DNA of 64,000 bases from Parcubacteria group bacterium (GTDB lineage: Bacteria; Patescibacteriota; Minisyncoccia; Moranbacterales; UBA2206): positions 35,654-99,653 of the forward strand of contig JBAZYF010000001.1 in assembly GCA_041659505.1 (NCBI GenBank), read 5' to 3'. Numbering within the stretch: the first letter of the stretch is position 1; the number at the start of each line of letters is the position of its first letter. Shown here in pieces: positions 1 to 9,581 of the stretch. The notes under the pieces are model-generated. The model was not told the DNA's origin, made no database searches, and worked only from the letters and a program-made list of their open reading frames with translations. Position numbers and translations under genes: made by a program.

Positions 1-50
1 CCGACTACCGTTGCCAATACTGCCAACACTACGATGATCTGTTTTCTCAT
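1..50 (-). CDS. N-terminal fragment of a secreted/membrane protein; gene continues off the window
   Basis: Reverse complement reads ggaggc-N7-ATG AGA AAA CAG ATC ATC GTA GTG TTG GCA GTA TTG GCA ACG GTA GTC. That is an RBS followed by a hydrophobic signal-like N-terminus running off the left edge. Confidence 0.3.
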   Translation of the reverse strand, partial: MRKQIIVVLAVLATVV

Positions 51-245
51 GATACTGCCTCCTTATGGGTTTTGAGTGTTTTTTATTGTAAACTTTTCCA
101 ACCACCAACCCCGAAACCAGCTGATTTGGCTAACTTTGGTGTTGGTGGCTAGAATTTTGTCAAAGAGCACTATTTCAAAATATACTACAACTTCTAACCA
201 TTTTTTGCAAATCATTCCTCAACTGGAACTTACCTACTATTTGCA

Positions 246-899
246 CTACCTTATCTCATGATAATGATCCAACGCGCGATATTCTGGCTCTTCTTTTCCG
301 AAAAAATAGAGATAACCGACTGTTCCGATTAGTCCCATTACAAATCCGATGAGAATATTCAAGGGGATATTCGGCGTGGCAGGATTTTGCGTCGTAACCG
401 GTCCGTCAATGACACTAATCACAATCTTATCTCCACCTCCATGATACTTCTGATTGTTGGTAGCCAGATTGCTCGCAATCGCTTGTGCCACTTTTTCCGC
501 TTCTTTTCTCGAAGGATCGAAAACGGAAATTTCAATAATTCCAGTATTGTTCACTTTTTTGACACTGACTTCTTTTTCCCATTCCTTTTTACGATCTTCC
601 TTATTGGTCGAATAAACATTCTTCACTCCGACCGGAGACTGCAATACATCATCAATAAAAGAATCAGTAAAGATGATTTTGGAAAAAATATCACTAAGAT
701 ATTCTGCCGACTTGGCAGCTGAGAAAGCGTCCACCTTATCTTCTGGTTGTTTTTGGACGACCAAGACACTGATGTCAGAGCGATATTTAGGTTTGATAAT
801 CGTGGAAATTGTAAACACACAAGCCGCCACGACAAAGGAAACCACGAAGATAACTTTCAGTTTTTGCTTGATGATTTTCCAAAAATTCTCTTGATTCAT
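246..899 (-). CDS. Polysaccharide chain-length determinant-like protein (Wzz/CpsC/YwqC family)
   Basis: 217 aa. N-terminal TM helix (VIFVVSFVVAACVF), a soluble middle, and a C-terminal proline-rich segment plus TM helix (NPATPNIPLNILIGFVMGLIGTVGYL) typical of Wzz-type co-polymerases. Confidence 0.45.
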   Translation of the reverse strand: MNQENFWKIIKQKLKVIFVVSFVVAACVFTISTIIKPKYRSDISVLVVQKQPEDKVDAFSAAKSAEYLSDIFSKIIFTDSFIDDVLQSPVGVKNVYSTNKEDRKKEWEKEVSVKKVNNTGIIEISVFDPSRKEAEKVAQAIASNLATNNQKYHGGGDKIVISVIDGPVTTQNPATPNIPLNILIGFVMGLIGTVGYLYFFGKEEPEYRALDHYHEIR

Positions 900-1127
900 A
901 ATATTTTCCTCGAATTATTACCTTAAATTCATAACCTAATATATTAGCAGAAATTCGTCCACTTGTCAATGGAAATCTACCGCTAGCCCACTTTTAGCCT
1001 AAATAAGGCCTATTTTGCCAATATTTTTAGGACTTTTATTCTTCCCAGGAACCAGACGACTACCTAGGAAAAAATCCCAGATAAACGCCTAAGTCCTATG
1101 TGGCACAGACCCAAAAATGATTAGAGC

Positions 1128-1160
1128 CCCGAAGAATAGATATTCCCGGGGCCCATATAA
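1128..1160 (-). terminator. Rho-independent terminator downstream of the LysM gene
   Basis: On the minus strand a GCCCCG/CGGGGC stem is followed by a T-rich tract. Confidence 0.35.
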
Positions 1161-1305
1161 TCCAAGAGGACGTTTCAAGTTTCGTCCAATCATTTCAGCA
1201 ATTCATTCAATGCTAATTGTCGTAAGCACTGTGAACGCTAGGTCACCTAATCGGCAACGAAATAATCAATGAAACTTAAAAGTTCTCTATTTGTTATCGT
1301 AAAAA

Positions 1306-2724
1306 CTACCTACCACCGCTTTGGCTGCCAAGGCTAGCCAGCACGATGTCCATCCGATCGTCAGGAGTGAACGGGTTGTTGTCAGACTGAGTTTCAACGA
1401 TCACAGTTGCGGGAGTATTCCCCTGATCCTGTTGACTGCCGAGACTAGCCATTACCTGATCCATTCTGTCATCAGGAGAATACGATTTTTTACTCAACGT
1501 CTCCTGGGACTGGATTTGATCAGTGGTGGTGGATGCGGTTATCGCAACACCATCTTCAACCACCGGATTAAATCCACTGGCCAAATGATTTCCATACAAG
1601 GCATTGATAGGTTCCTTGCTGGATAACCCAATGCCAACGCCGACACGCCCATCTGTGCTAGCATGGACTTCGGCAATAAGCGTTCCAATTGGAGTCCGCT
1701 GGCGAAGTTCTGACTTCGCCGCACCGGCGCCCATATTACTATGGACCCCTGCTCCAATAAGATTTCTCCATCGGAGATTTTCTGTTAATTGTTTTTCCAA
1801 GCCGATCCAAACATCCAAGGACGTTTGGTCGATCGGAGCGGATCCATTATTGGTAGATTGACCGATTCCTGTCCAGAAATCAGCAATCCCAATTGCCACT
1901 AGGTCAGGTTGGAGCTTATATTGAACTTCACCATAGGCACCAACACCTGCGCCATTTTGGCGAGTTATTGATTCAACCTTCTTGGTTCGTTGACTTTTTC
2001 CGGTCTCCTGGTAGCCAGCTCGGATTTTGAGCTGTTCATACCAAGGCCCCTCTGCATACGTAATACCTGCTTCCGGTGCGATTTTAGCATCGTAACCATC
2101 GGAAGGCGAATGACTCATGTTCCAGGTGGAAAAATTACCGAGAATTCCAAGCCCCAATGAAGTTGGGCTTGCCTGCTCTTTCTGCCAATACATAAACTCG
2201 CCAGTAATTCCCGAGCTTACAACTTGATTTTGCGAACCTGGCTTTTTCAAGTTGAACGTCGCCTTGCCAAGTGCCTCAAGCGCTGAAATACTATTACCAG
2301 AAGCAACCGCATTGTCACTGCTTTTGACGGTCGTTCTTTCTTTTTCATCAGTCTCAGTTGATACAGATGATGAAAGTCCATCCGTAATCAGATTAGAAGA
2401 CGTTGCCGTTACGTTTTTTGTATCAGTTGCAGAAACTTCAGCATTACTCGGCTGAGTACTGCCCTGGTAACTATTGACTTCAACGACCACGTTTTTTTGA
2501 CGACGCACGGGAATCATAAGTTTTTGACCCGGGTAAATTGTATTGGATTTAAGTCCGTTGACTTTCTTGATTTCCTGCCAACGAACACCCTTTTCTCTGC
2601 CAACCACTGAAAGGCAGTCCCCTTTTTTTACCACAATATATTCTTTAACATATTCTTCGGCGCTACAAATTGCTGCGCTAAAGATAATTGTGGCAGAAAG
2701 GATTAACGCTGCGAATTTTTTCAT
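1306..2724 (-). CDS. Secreted LysM domain protein with a long Ser/Thr/Gly-rich region
   Basis: Signal peptide MKKFAALILSATIIFSAAICSA. LysM motif (YIVVKKGDCLSVV...YPGQKLMIP). A low-complexity Ser/Thr-rich linker and a Gly/Ala-rich beta-rich C-terminal part. Two C-terminal repeats TPDDRMDQVMASLGSQ / TPDDRMDIVLASLGSQ. Confidence 0.6.
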   Translation of the reverse strand: MKKFAALILSATIIFSAAICSAEEYVKEYIVVKKGDCLSVVGREKGVRWQEIKKVNGLKSNTIYPGQKLMIPVRRQKNVVVEVNSYQGSTQPSNAEVSATDTKNVTATSSNLITDGLSSSVSTETDEKERTTVKSSDNAVASGNSISALEALGKATFNLKKPGSQNQVVSSGITGEFMYWQKEQASPTSLGLGILGNFSTWNMSHSPSDGYDAKIAPEAGITYAEGPWYEQLKIRAGYQETGKSQRTKKVESITRQNGAGVGAYGEVQYKLQPDLVAIGIADFWTGIGQSTNNGSAPIDQTSLDVWIGLEKQLTENLRWRNLIGAGVHSNMGAGAAKSELRQRTPIGTLIAEVHASTDGRVGVGIGLSSKEPINALYGNHLASGFNPVVEDGVAITASTTTDQIQSQETLSKKSYSPDDRMDQVMASLGSQQDQGNTPATVIVETQSDNNPFTPDDRMDIVLASLGSQSGGR

Positions 2725-2725
2725 G

Positions 2726-3661
2726 TCATCCTCCTTGCTGTAACTGATTTATGATAATCATCCTCTCGATTTCCGAGAGATATTTATTGACGAATAACAT
2801 ATCCTGTCTATTGATGCTCCCGCCCATGCTCCAGGCGATGGGTTTTTTTTCGCTTGCTCGATATAAATCAAAGAAAGCGGAAATACCCATTGAATATAAG
2901 TCGGGGGAAATATAAAACTCCCCCTCCTTTATCCATCGTTGAAAGAAGGTGTCTCCAGGGTTTATTCTGGCCACTTCTTTCATATCAGCAGTTGAGAGTG
3001 GACTAAAAAACTTCCAGCCCTCGGGAGTTGTGTATGGCCTCCACTTTTTCACACTCGCGTAAAAATGTTCCGCCACGGGAAGTTTGGACAACTCAGTCCC
3101 ATGCTTTGCAATAATTTCTTTTCGGAACTGAAAATCCTTTTTAAACCTTTCCCAGTCAAGCGGAAAGCCATTCTTTTCTCTCCCAAGCAGATTGAAGCCA
3201 AACTCCTGCATCGTGGAAAAAGCAATTGCCATTCCTTCTTCGATGCTTTTGCTATAGACAAGCGTCGAATACATTGCGACCTCGGTTTTTCCATCTGATC
3301 TTCTGATTAATTCACCCCAAGGGGTGAATATAATTTGAAGTTCATGCTCTCCGCCTTTTTTGTCGATTATCCAGCCAAACCAAGTGGTACGGCCCGGAGA
3401 CATTTCGGCTTTCAAGCCTTCTGGAAAAATTCCGGTCTTAGCCACGAAAGCTTCTCCTTCGATATCGACTCCGTCGACATTGTACACGCCAATGAAATAT
3501 GGTGGCGACCTTTTTATCTCAATCTCACTTTGCCCCTGACCAGTCACCTCATCTATTGGGGAATTAATTTTAATTCTGTTCTGCGAACAACTCGCAAGAG
3601 TCGCAATCGCTACCATAACCAACAAAACCTGAATAAAACTCTTACTTTTTATCATGATCAA
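2726..3661 (-). CDS. Hypothetical lipoprotein
   Basis: Signal peptide with lipobox (VAIATLASC|SQN). No recognisable catalytic motif. Confidence 0.5.
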   Translation of the reverse strand: MIMIKSKSFIQVLLVMVAIATLASCSQNRIKINSPIDEVTGQGQSEIEIKRSPPYFIGVYNVDGVDIEGEAFVAKTGIFPEGLKAEMSPGRTTWFGWIIDKKGGEHELQIIFTPWGELIRRSDGKTEVAMYSTLVYSKSIEEGMAIAFSTMQEFGFNLLGREKNGFPLDWERFKKDFQFRKEIIAKHGTELSKLPVAEHFYASVKKWRPYTTPEGWKFFSPLSTADMKEVARINPGDTFFQRWIKEGEFYISPDLYSMGISAFFDLYRASEKKPIAWSMGGSINRQDMLFVNKYLSEIERMIIINQLQQGG

Positions 3662-3962
3662 TCCTCCTCCGAAATATTGTTTTTGGATCAGAATTGATCC
3701 TATTTTTTTCTAACTATTTGGTTGTCAATGGACAATCCATAACAACCTCATGCCAATCCCGAAGTGTTCTGGACTGAATAAAAGATTGCTATTTGGACTT
3801 TTAAGATTAACATAGAACTCTAACAGAAAATTAGGCTTTTGTCAATCGTAATTGCCACGAAACCCATTTTATGCCTAAACAAGCCTTAATTAGCTAAAGC
3901 TTACCAGACTTTTTTAAAAATAGCCAAAATCTTCGCCAGGCCGGAAAAATGCCCAAAAAAGA

Positions 3963-4010
3963 AAAGCGCCCGCTCGGAAATGATATCCGAACGGGTGTTG
4001 ATTGTTTAAA
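3963..4010 (-). terminator. Rho-independent terminator at the end of the Hyf-like operon
   Basis: The minus strand reads CCCGTTCGG-loop-CCGAGCGGG followed by CGCTTTTCTTTTTTGGGCATTTTT. Confidence 0.45.
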
Positions 4011-4033
4011 TTCTACACAAAACTTGAAAACAT

Positions 4034-4663
4034 TTAGGAAGTAACAAAATGTTCCGCGTATTTATATGGATTGAAAATATAAGTATTTTCTTCCACTATT
4101 CCGCTTATAAGCTTTGCTCCGTGAAAAAAACTAAACACTCTGTCACTTTTTAACTGCAAGTGGGGAAATCCCGCCATAACCAATAGAGCGTTTAATCTTT
4201 TTTGCAGATCGGTACAAAAACGTATATGCGCAATATAGGCCATATGCACAACCTCTTGGATAGTATGCTTATGTTTCTTCGCCATCCCACAAGGAAAGTG
4301 AGTCGCAAGACAAAGCGTTTTTGTTTCCTTAGCTTCAAACAAGTTGGCAATGCTATAGAGAGCACTGTCCTCATGAAACTGCTCAAATCCACCAAAAAGT
4401 CCCGGGCAAAAATTGAGAGGTCCTCCCGGAGGTCCAGCTCCATGAATCCGCTCATTAAACTTCCTCAGATAGTCCAGAAGCTCAATATCCCCATCGGGAC
4501 AGTGATTCCAGACTCCACCATTGTTGGTAAAACCCAGCAATTCTTCTATGGAAAAAGCTTGTAGAACTTGAAACGCTTTCAACTGTTGAGTGTAAGCGTT
4601 ATCCTCCTCGGACATATAACTTTTCTTCTTAGTCAAGCTTGTCATAGCACTCCTTCTTCCCAA
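4034..4663 (-). CDS. Hypothetical Cys-containing protein, last gene of the Hyf-like operon
   Basis: 209 aa, soluble. Five Cys, two in CP dipeptides (NHCPDG, NFCPG, LCLATHFPCG, RFCTD). Lies downstream of the HycE-like gene on the same strand. No family recognised. Confidence 0.35.
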   Translation of the reverse strand: MGRRSAMTSLTKKKSYMSEEDNAYTQQLKAFQVLQAFSIEELLGFTNNGGVWNHCPDGDIELLDYLRKFNERIHGAGPPGGPLNFCPGLFGGFEQFHEDSALYSIANLFEAKETKTLCLATHFPCGMAKKHKHTIQEVVHMAYIAHIRFCTDLQKRLNALLVMAGFPHLQLKSDRVFSFFHGAKLISGIVEENTYIFNPYKYAEHFVTS

Positions 4664-4771
4664 TCATTAAAAGAACCAAAAGCCCGCCCATTGCAGGCTC
4701 CTCGAAGAACAACTAACCTTTATATACCTAAAATATGAAATAGTCAAGACTAAAAAAATCTCCATCACTTC

Positions 4772-6346
4772 CTAAAGATCATTTCCTGAATAGGACAGAT
4801 TGAAACTCTTGTTGATGAGAGGAAAATCCGGCACAATATTGCCTTTTCCGGCGTGACCTACGACCGTCCAGTTAATAAAAGATGGATCGCGCACATCCAC
4901 GCGCGTAATTTGACCATCTGAGTCCGTCACGACAAAATAGACAATCTCGCCCCTCCAGCCTTCACTGATCCCGAGGGCAAAACTGTTTTTTCGCAAAATC
5001 GCCGTTTTGGGATTTACCAGCTCCCCTGGCGCTTCGGCCAATTTTTCCAAAGCTTGTTTTAGAATTTCAAATGAAACGAAAACTTCCTTTATCCGCACAT
5101 GAAGCCGTGCAAAAACATCGCCCTCTTTTTCCAGCGCAATGCCAAAATTCAATTCCGGATAAGCGGCATGGGGATATTCGATCCTGGCATCATGGGCAAT
5201 GCCCAGTGCTCTGCCGGCTACGCCGACAACTCCATGATCAAGCGCTAATTGGCGATCGAGCCGACCAGTACTTTGCAAACGGTTGAGGAGCGTACTACTG
5301 TCATCGGAAATCTCAATCACTTCCGCAAAATCTTTTTTTATTTTCAAAAGTTTTTCTTGTAATTGTTTTCCCGCTTCCGCAGAAATATCTTTCGTTACCC
5401 CGCCAATCACATTCACTCCGCGCAAAAATCGACTGCCGGTCAAACTTTCATTCAGTTGCATGATCATTTCGCGCAGACGACCACCATTGCTTCCGCCAAA
5501 ACTGAATCCGGTATCGAGCATAATAAACCCGATGTCATTAAAATGATTTGCCAGCCGTTCCAATTCAGAAAAAATCACTCGCAGATATTTTGCTCGCGCG
5601 GAGACTTTAGTTTCGGCCAGATTTTCAATCGCCTGGCAAAAAGCCAAACTGTGCGTGAAAGAAGTGTCTCCGGAAACTCTTTCTGACAGGCGCACTTTTT
5701 CCGCCAAGGGCAATGTTTCAAAAAGTTTTTCAATTCCCTTATGCTTATAGCCCAGTTTCGGCTCCAAAAGAACCACTTCCTCTCCCACCACGCTAAAACG
5801 AAAATGTCCCGGTTCGATAATTCCGGCATGCACCGGACCGACGGGAATTTCATAGATTCCCTCCCCCTTTACTTTCAAAAATTCATAAGTTCCAGTCGCT
5901 TGGGCAGGACGTTCTTGCCAATTAAAATCTTTCCGTAAAGGAAAAACTCCCGCCGGCCAATTTTCATGCAAAAGCATCCCTCGCGCATTAGGATGGCCGA
6001 GTGGTTCAAGACCAAAAAAACTTTTTATCCGCCGTTCATAGCCGGACGCTTCATGAATTGCTTTGGTGATCGAAGGAAAGCCTTTGCCGTCTTGGATGGT
6101 AATGTAGGGCGTCAAAAAAACATTTTCCCCTGGCACGCCAAAAACATAGAAGATGCGAAAACCGATTCCCGCTTTTCTCTCATCCGTCGCCGTGATAGTT
6201 TTCAGTTGCAACTTGTGGTCAAAATACAACTCATTACAAACAGTCAAAAGTTCCGCGGTCGGGACAGCATAAGTCAAAACATTGCCATCCTGCTTGACGG
6301 AAAAACTTTTGGGAATATATTTTTCTTGGATTTCGCTTTGATTCAT
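4772..6346 (-). CDS. HycE/HyfG-like large subunit of a group-4 [NiFe]-hydrogenase (NuoC-NuoD fusion) lacking all four Ni-Fe ligand cysteines
   Basis: Aligns by eye to E. coli HycE: the NuoC-like N-terminal domain, the GPVHAGIIEPGHFRF motif, and RVSGDTSFTHS in place of RVCGICGFAHS. The C-terminus FNLSYSGNDL replaces LDPCYSCTDR. Confidence 0.8.
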   Translation of the reverse strand: MNQSEIQEKYIPKSFSVKQDGNVLTYAVPTAELLTVCNELYFDHKLQLKTITATDERKAGIGFRIFYVFGVPGENVFLTPYITIQDGKGFPSITKAIHEASGYERRIKSFFGLEPLGHPNARGMLLHENWPAGVFPLRKDFNWQERPAQATGTYEFLKVKGEGIYEIPVGPVHAGIIEPGHFRFSVVGEEVVLLEPKLGYKHKGIEKLFETLPLAEKVRLSERVSGDTSFTHSLAFCQAIENLAETKVSARAKYLRVIFSELERLANHFNDIGFIMLDTGFSFGGSNGGRLREMIMQLNESLTGSRFLRGVNVIGGVTKDISAEAGKQLQEKLLKIKKDFAEVIEISDDSSTLLNRLQSTGRLDRQLALDHGVVGVAGRALGIAHDARIEYPHAAYPELNFGIALEKEGDVFARLHVRIKEVFVSFEILKQALEKLAEAPGELVNPKTAILRKNSFALGISEGWRGEIVYFVVTDSDGQITRVDVRDPSFINWTVVGHAGKGNIVPDFPLINKSFNLSYSGNDL

Positions 6347-6356
6347 ATTAGTTAGG

Positions 6357-6531
6357 AGTTACACGTTTCCCCTCACAGCCGTATTTTCTAAAAAAATAAC
6401 TCGAACGCCCTTTTTTTCTTTTCAAATTTTTCCCTCTATCAACGGCAACCAGTGGAAAATTTTGAAGAAAAAAGGCATTCTCAGGCACGTTTTTTTAGAA
6501 AATACGGCTGACTCGGGCAAACACGTAAGTC
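6357..6531. mobile_element. MITE-like inverted-repeat element, family 1, copy A
   Basis: About 175 bp with ~40 bp imperfect terminal inverted repeats (...ACACGTTTCCCCTCACAGCCGTATTTTCTAAAAAAA / TTTTTTTAGAAAATACGGCTGACTCGGGCAAACACGTAAGT). The whole element matches 26684..26857 in inverted orientation. Confidence 0.75.
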
Positions 6532-6534
6532 ATA

Positions 6535-7980
6535 TTAGTAGACTAAACTGGCACTAGTTATTAGGGAATTTATTGTTGCAGGGATAAAAATACTCAAATA
6601 AACTAGAAGAACCACCAAGATGAGCACCGGAAAAATTGTCCAAACGCCAGACTCGCCAACCGGAACATTCTCTTCATTTTCCCCAAAAATCATCGCGACC
6701 ACATGGCGGAGGAAACCGACAAAGATCAATGCCAGCGCCAAGAGCGCAATAATTGTGACGGCAGGATGACTGCTGATCCCAGCGGACAGAATCGAAAATT
6801 CGGTGACAAAAATTCCAAACGGTGGCATACCAGTGATGGCCAAAAAGCCAATAAGAAACAAAATGCTCGTAACCGGCAAGACTTTGAGGACGCCTTTCAC
6901 TTTAGCAATTTTAGTGGAGCTATATTTCAAAAAGATATTGCCCGCTGACAAAAACAAAATTGATTTGGCCAAGGAGTGATAGATCATATGCAAGATTGCC
7001 GCGAAAATTCCCACACCACCAAATCCAAACCCTAGTGCCATCACGCCCATATGTTCGATGCTGGAATAGGCCAAGAGTCGTTTGTAATTTTTTTGGATGA
7101 AAATGATCGCAGCCGCGACAATAATTGAAATGATACCGAAAAAAATGAGCATCTGGGAAGAAAAATTTGCTCCCACAGCAAGATCCACAATCACTTTGAA
7201 CCGCAAGATTGCCAGAAATGCCACATTGAGGAGCACGCCAGAAAGCAAACTGCTAATTGGCACCGGTGCCTTGCTGTGGGCATCGGGTAGCCAAGTATGC
7301 ATCGGCACAAACCCGACCTTCGTTCCATAGCCAATCAGGATAAAGATAAAAGCAATCTTGGCAACAAACGGATCAAGACCAGAGGCGTTGACTAGTAGCG
7401 CATGCCAATTGACCAGGCCGTGATTTCCCGCCGCGAAAGAAGGGTAGAGAAAAATCAAAGTGCCAAAAAAAGCTAGTAAAAGTCCGACCGAGTTAACAAT
7501 CAAATATTTCCAAGCCGCTTCCATCGCCGATGGCTTGTTATAAAAACTGATCAAAAATGCCGTGGAAAGAGTAGTCGCTTCGATCATTACCCACATCAGG
7601 ATCGGATTGGTCGTGCTGATGGCAAAAAACATCGCAAGCAGAAATAGGTGCAAAAGGATGAAATATTCTCGCACCCGATGAAATCCGATAATGCCTTTTT
7701 TCACCTCCACTTGCAAATAGCCCGTAGAATACCAAGAAGCTACAAATCCGATGATCGCCACCAAAAGAAGCAGGATTGCTCCTAATGGATCGATGGAAAG
7801 ATAGGGTGTCCAAGCATAACTACCCTTTTGCGCCACGACCGACACCACAATCAGCGCTGAAATAAGCTCAATGGAAGAAGCCAAAATTGCAATCGTATTT
7901 AGCGGTTGAATCTTTTTCCTGACCAAAAAAGACAAGCCGGAAGCAATGAAAGGAATAAAGATGATAAGAAATAGAGCCAT
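6535..7980 (-). CDS. HyfF/HyfD/NuoN-like antiporter-type membrane subunit
   Basis: 481 aa polytopic protein with the NuoL/M/N/MrpD signature (GFVPMHTWLPDAHSKAPVPISSLLSGVLLNVAFLAILRF). Confidence 0.75.
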   Translation of the reverse strand: MALFLIIFIPFIASGLSFLVRKKIQPLNTIAILASSIELISALIVVSVVAQKGSYAWTPYLSIDPLGAILLLLVAIIGFVASWYSTGYLQVEVKKGIIGFHRVREYFILLHLFLLAMFFAISTTNPILMWVMIEATTLSTAFLISFYNKPSAMEAAWKYLIVNSVGLLLAFFGTLIFLYPSFAAGNHGLVNWHALLVNASGLDPFVAKIAFIFILIGYGTKVGFVPMHTWLPDAHSKAPVPISSLLSGVLLNVAFLAILRFKVIVDLAVGANFSSQMLIFFGIISIIVAAAIIFIQKNYKRLLAYSSIEHMGVMALGFGFGGVGIFAAILHMIYHSLAKSILFLSAGNIFLKYSSTKIAKVKGVLKVLPVTSILFLIGFLAITGMPPFGIFVTEFSILSAGISSHPAVTIIALLALALIFVGFLRHVVAMIFGENEENVPVGESGVWTIFPVLILVVLLVYLSIFIPATINSLITSASLVY

Positions 7981-7984
7981 AAAA

Positions 7985-8644
7985 TTAATCTTCTTTTAGG
8001 TGAGACATCTTAGTTACATCAAGCGTCTCCATCTGCTTATAAATCATCGAGGTGAAGGTTGCCGAAATCATTATCCAAACTGCGATATCAAAAATTATGC
8101 CCAATTCCAATCCAGGTGTCTGTTCCAGTCCGGACATTATGGCAAAAGAAACAATGCCATTTTCCAAGGACAGCACTCCAATCGCCTGAGACAGGGCACC
8201 TTTGCGATTAATCAAAAGGAAAATTGATCCCAGAATTGTCGCGATGGAAAGTAGCATCGCATTAGAATTCTCTGGAGCGATTACAGTCAAGGGAGCAAAA
8301 AAACGCGAATAAGTCACTGCTGTTATCACCGCTAGAATAATCAAAGTCAAAGGACCATTGAGATAGGTGCTAGCGGAAAATTTTATATGATTTTTCTTGA
8401 TCAGCTTTCTGAAAAAATGAGGAGCAATGATTACTTTAACAACAAACATGAGAATCGCCACCAAAAAAATCAGCCAAGAGAAATCAGCCAGCGCGGCGCT
8501 AATGAAAAAAACAAAAATAACTAAAGACTGAACGAGGTATAGCGCCACGACAGAAGTACTTTTCTTGGCCAGATGCATAAAAATGACTGAGGCAAAAATC
8601 AGAATTTCTAAGAAAAATAGAATTTGTGGTGTAAGAGGAAACAT
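7985..8644 (-). CDS. HyfE-like small membrane subunit
   Basis: 219 aa, about 7 TM helices. The size and its position between the HycD-like and HyfF-like genes match hydrogenase-4 component E. Assignment rests mainly on synteny. Confidence 0.5.
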   Translation of the reverse strand: MFPLTPQILFFLEILIFASVIFMHLAKKSTSVVALYLVQSLVIFVFFISAALADFSWLIFLVAILMFVVKVIIAPHFFRKLIKKNHIKFSASTYLNGPLTLIILAVITAVTYSRFFAPLTVIAPENSNAMLLSIATILGSIFLLINRKGALSQAIGVLSLENGIVSFAIMSGLEQTPGLELGIIFDIAVWIMISATFTSMIYKQMETLDVTKMSHLKED

Positions 8645-8648
8645 AAGT

Positions 8649-9575
8649 TTAAGCGATTAAAATAATAGCGATTACTCCCAGGATGAATGAGGTGAACAGG
8701 AGATCAGGCAGGCGGAAAAATCTAAACTTAGCGATACTTGATTCCAGCGTTGCCACAAAAAGACAAAGCAGCAGGGTCTTGATCAAAAACAACATTAGTG
8801 CGATAAAAAGAGCTGCTCCAGAAAAAGACGTCGCCAATCCCCAAGGGAAAAATAGATTAGCACCAAGGGAAAGAAAAATCAGAAATTTATTCGCCGCTGC
8901 CCACTCAATAAGCGCCAAACGTTTGCCGGAATATTCCAAAATCATCGCCTCATGGATCATGGTCAGTTCCAGATGCGTCGAGGGATTGTCGAAAGGAAAA
9001 CGCGCCGTCTCGGCGAGCATCGCAATGACATAGGCCAAAAAAGCCAGCGCCACAGGTGCAAAAAGACCCAGTGGTAGCTGCGAAACAGCGCTCGTGATTG
9101 AAAATAGATTGGTCGAATGAGCCACCAATGCCAGTGCCAACAGTGAAAAAATCAACCCGCCTTCGGTGAGCGCCGCTACGGTCATTTCCCGACTTGATCC
9201 AAAACCACCAAATGCTCCACCCGTATCCATCCCGGCCAGGGCGAGAAAAAAAGTGCTCAGCGCGATCAAATACACGATCGTCAGAAAATCACCAATGATG
9301 TTTCCTGGGAACAGTCCGGTAAAAAATGGGATACTCGCCCCGACCACGAGCGTCACAGCAAAAATCAGATAAGGCGCAAAACGAAAGATCCAAGAAGCAT
9401 CCTCGCTGATGATTTCATCTTTGTGGAATAACTTCCAGAGATCTTGATAGGGCTGGAAAACACTTGCGCCGAGCCTGTTTTGAAAACGCGCTTTTATCTT
9501 TCTGGTCACGCCGATAAAAAGCGGCGAGAGCGCTGGAACTAAGATTAATTGAATTGCAATAAATAGCACTGACAT
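8649..9575 (-). CDS. HycD/HyfC/NuoH-like membrane subunit
   Basis: 308 aa. The N-terminus (MSVLFIAIQLILVPALSPLFIGVTRKIKARFQNRLG...YQDLWKLF...DASWIFRFAPY) aligns closely with E. coli HycD. A PFDNPSTHLELTMIHEAMILEYSG segment matches the NuoH loop motif. Confidence 0.8.
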   Translation of the reverse strand: MSVLFIAIQLILVPALSPLFIGVTRKIKARFQNRLGASVFQPYQDLWKLFHKDEIISEDASWIFRFAPYLIFAVTLVVGASIPFFTGLFPGNIIGDFLTIVYLIALSTFFLALAGMDTGGAFGGFGSSREMTVAALTEGGLIFSLLALALVAHSTNLFSITSAVSQLPLGLFAPVALAFLAYVIAMLAETARFPFDNPSTHLELTMIHEAMILEYSGKRLALIEWAAANKFLIFLSLGANLFFPWGLATSFSGAALFIALMLFLIKTLLLCLFVATLESSIAKFRFFRLPDLLFTSFILGVIAIILIA

Positions 9576-9581
9576 AAATTT

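Noticed and set aside
387-894. Plus-strand ORFs 387..722 and 673..894 inside the Wzz-like gene, and similar antisense ORFs inside atpD (13571..14074), atpA (17022..17642), metG (23752..24318), the DUF11 gene and others
   Set aside because: They are fully embedded antisense to long, well-supported genes, have low-complexity or odd composition, and lack RBSs. Treated as spurious.
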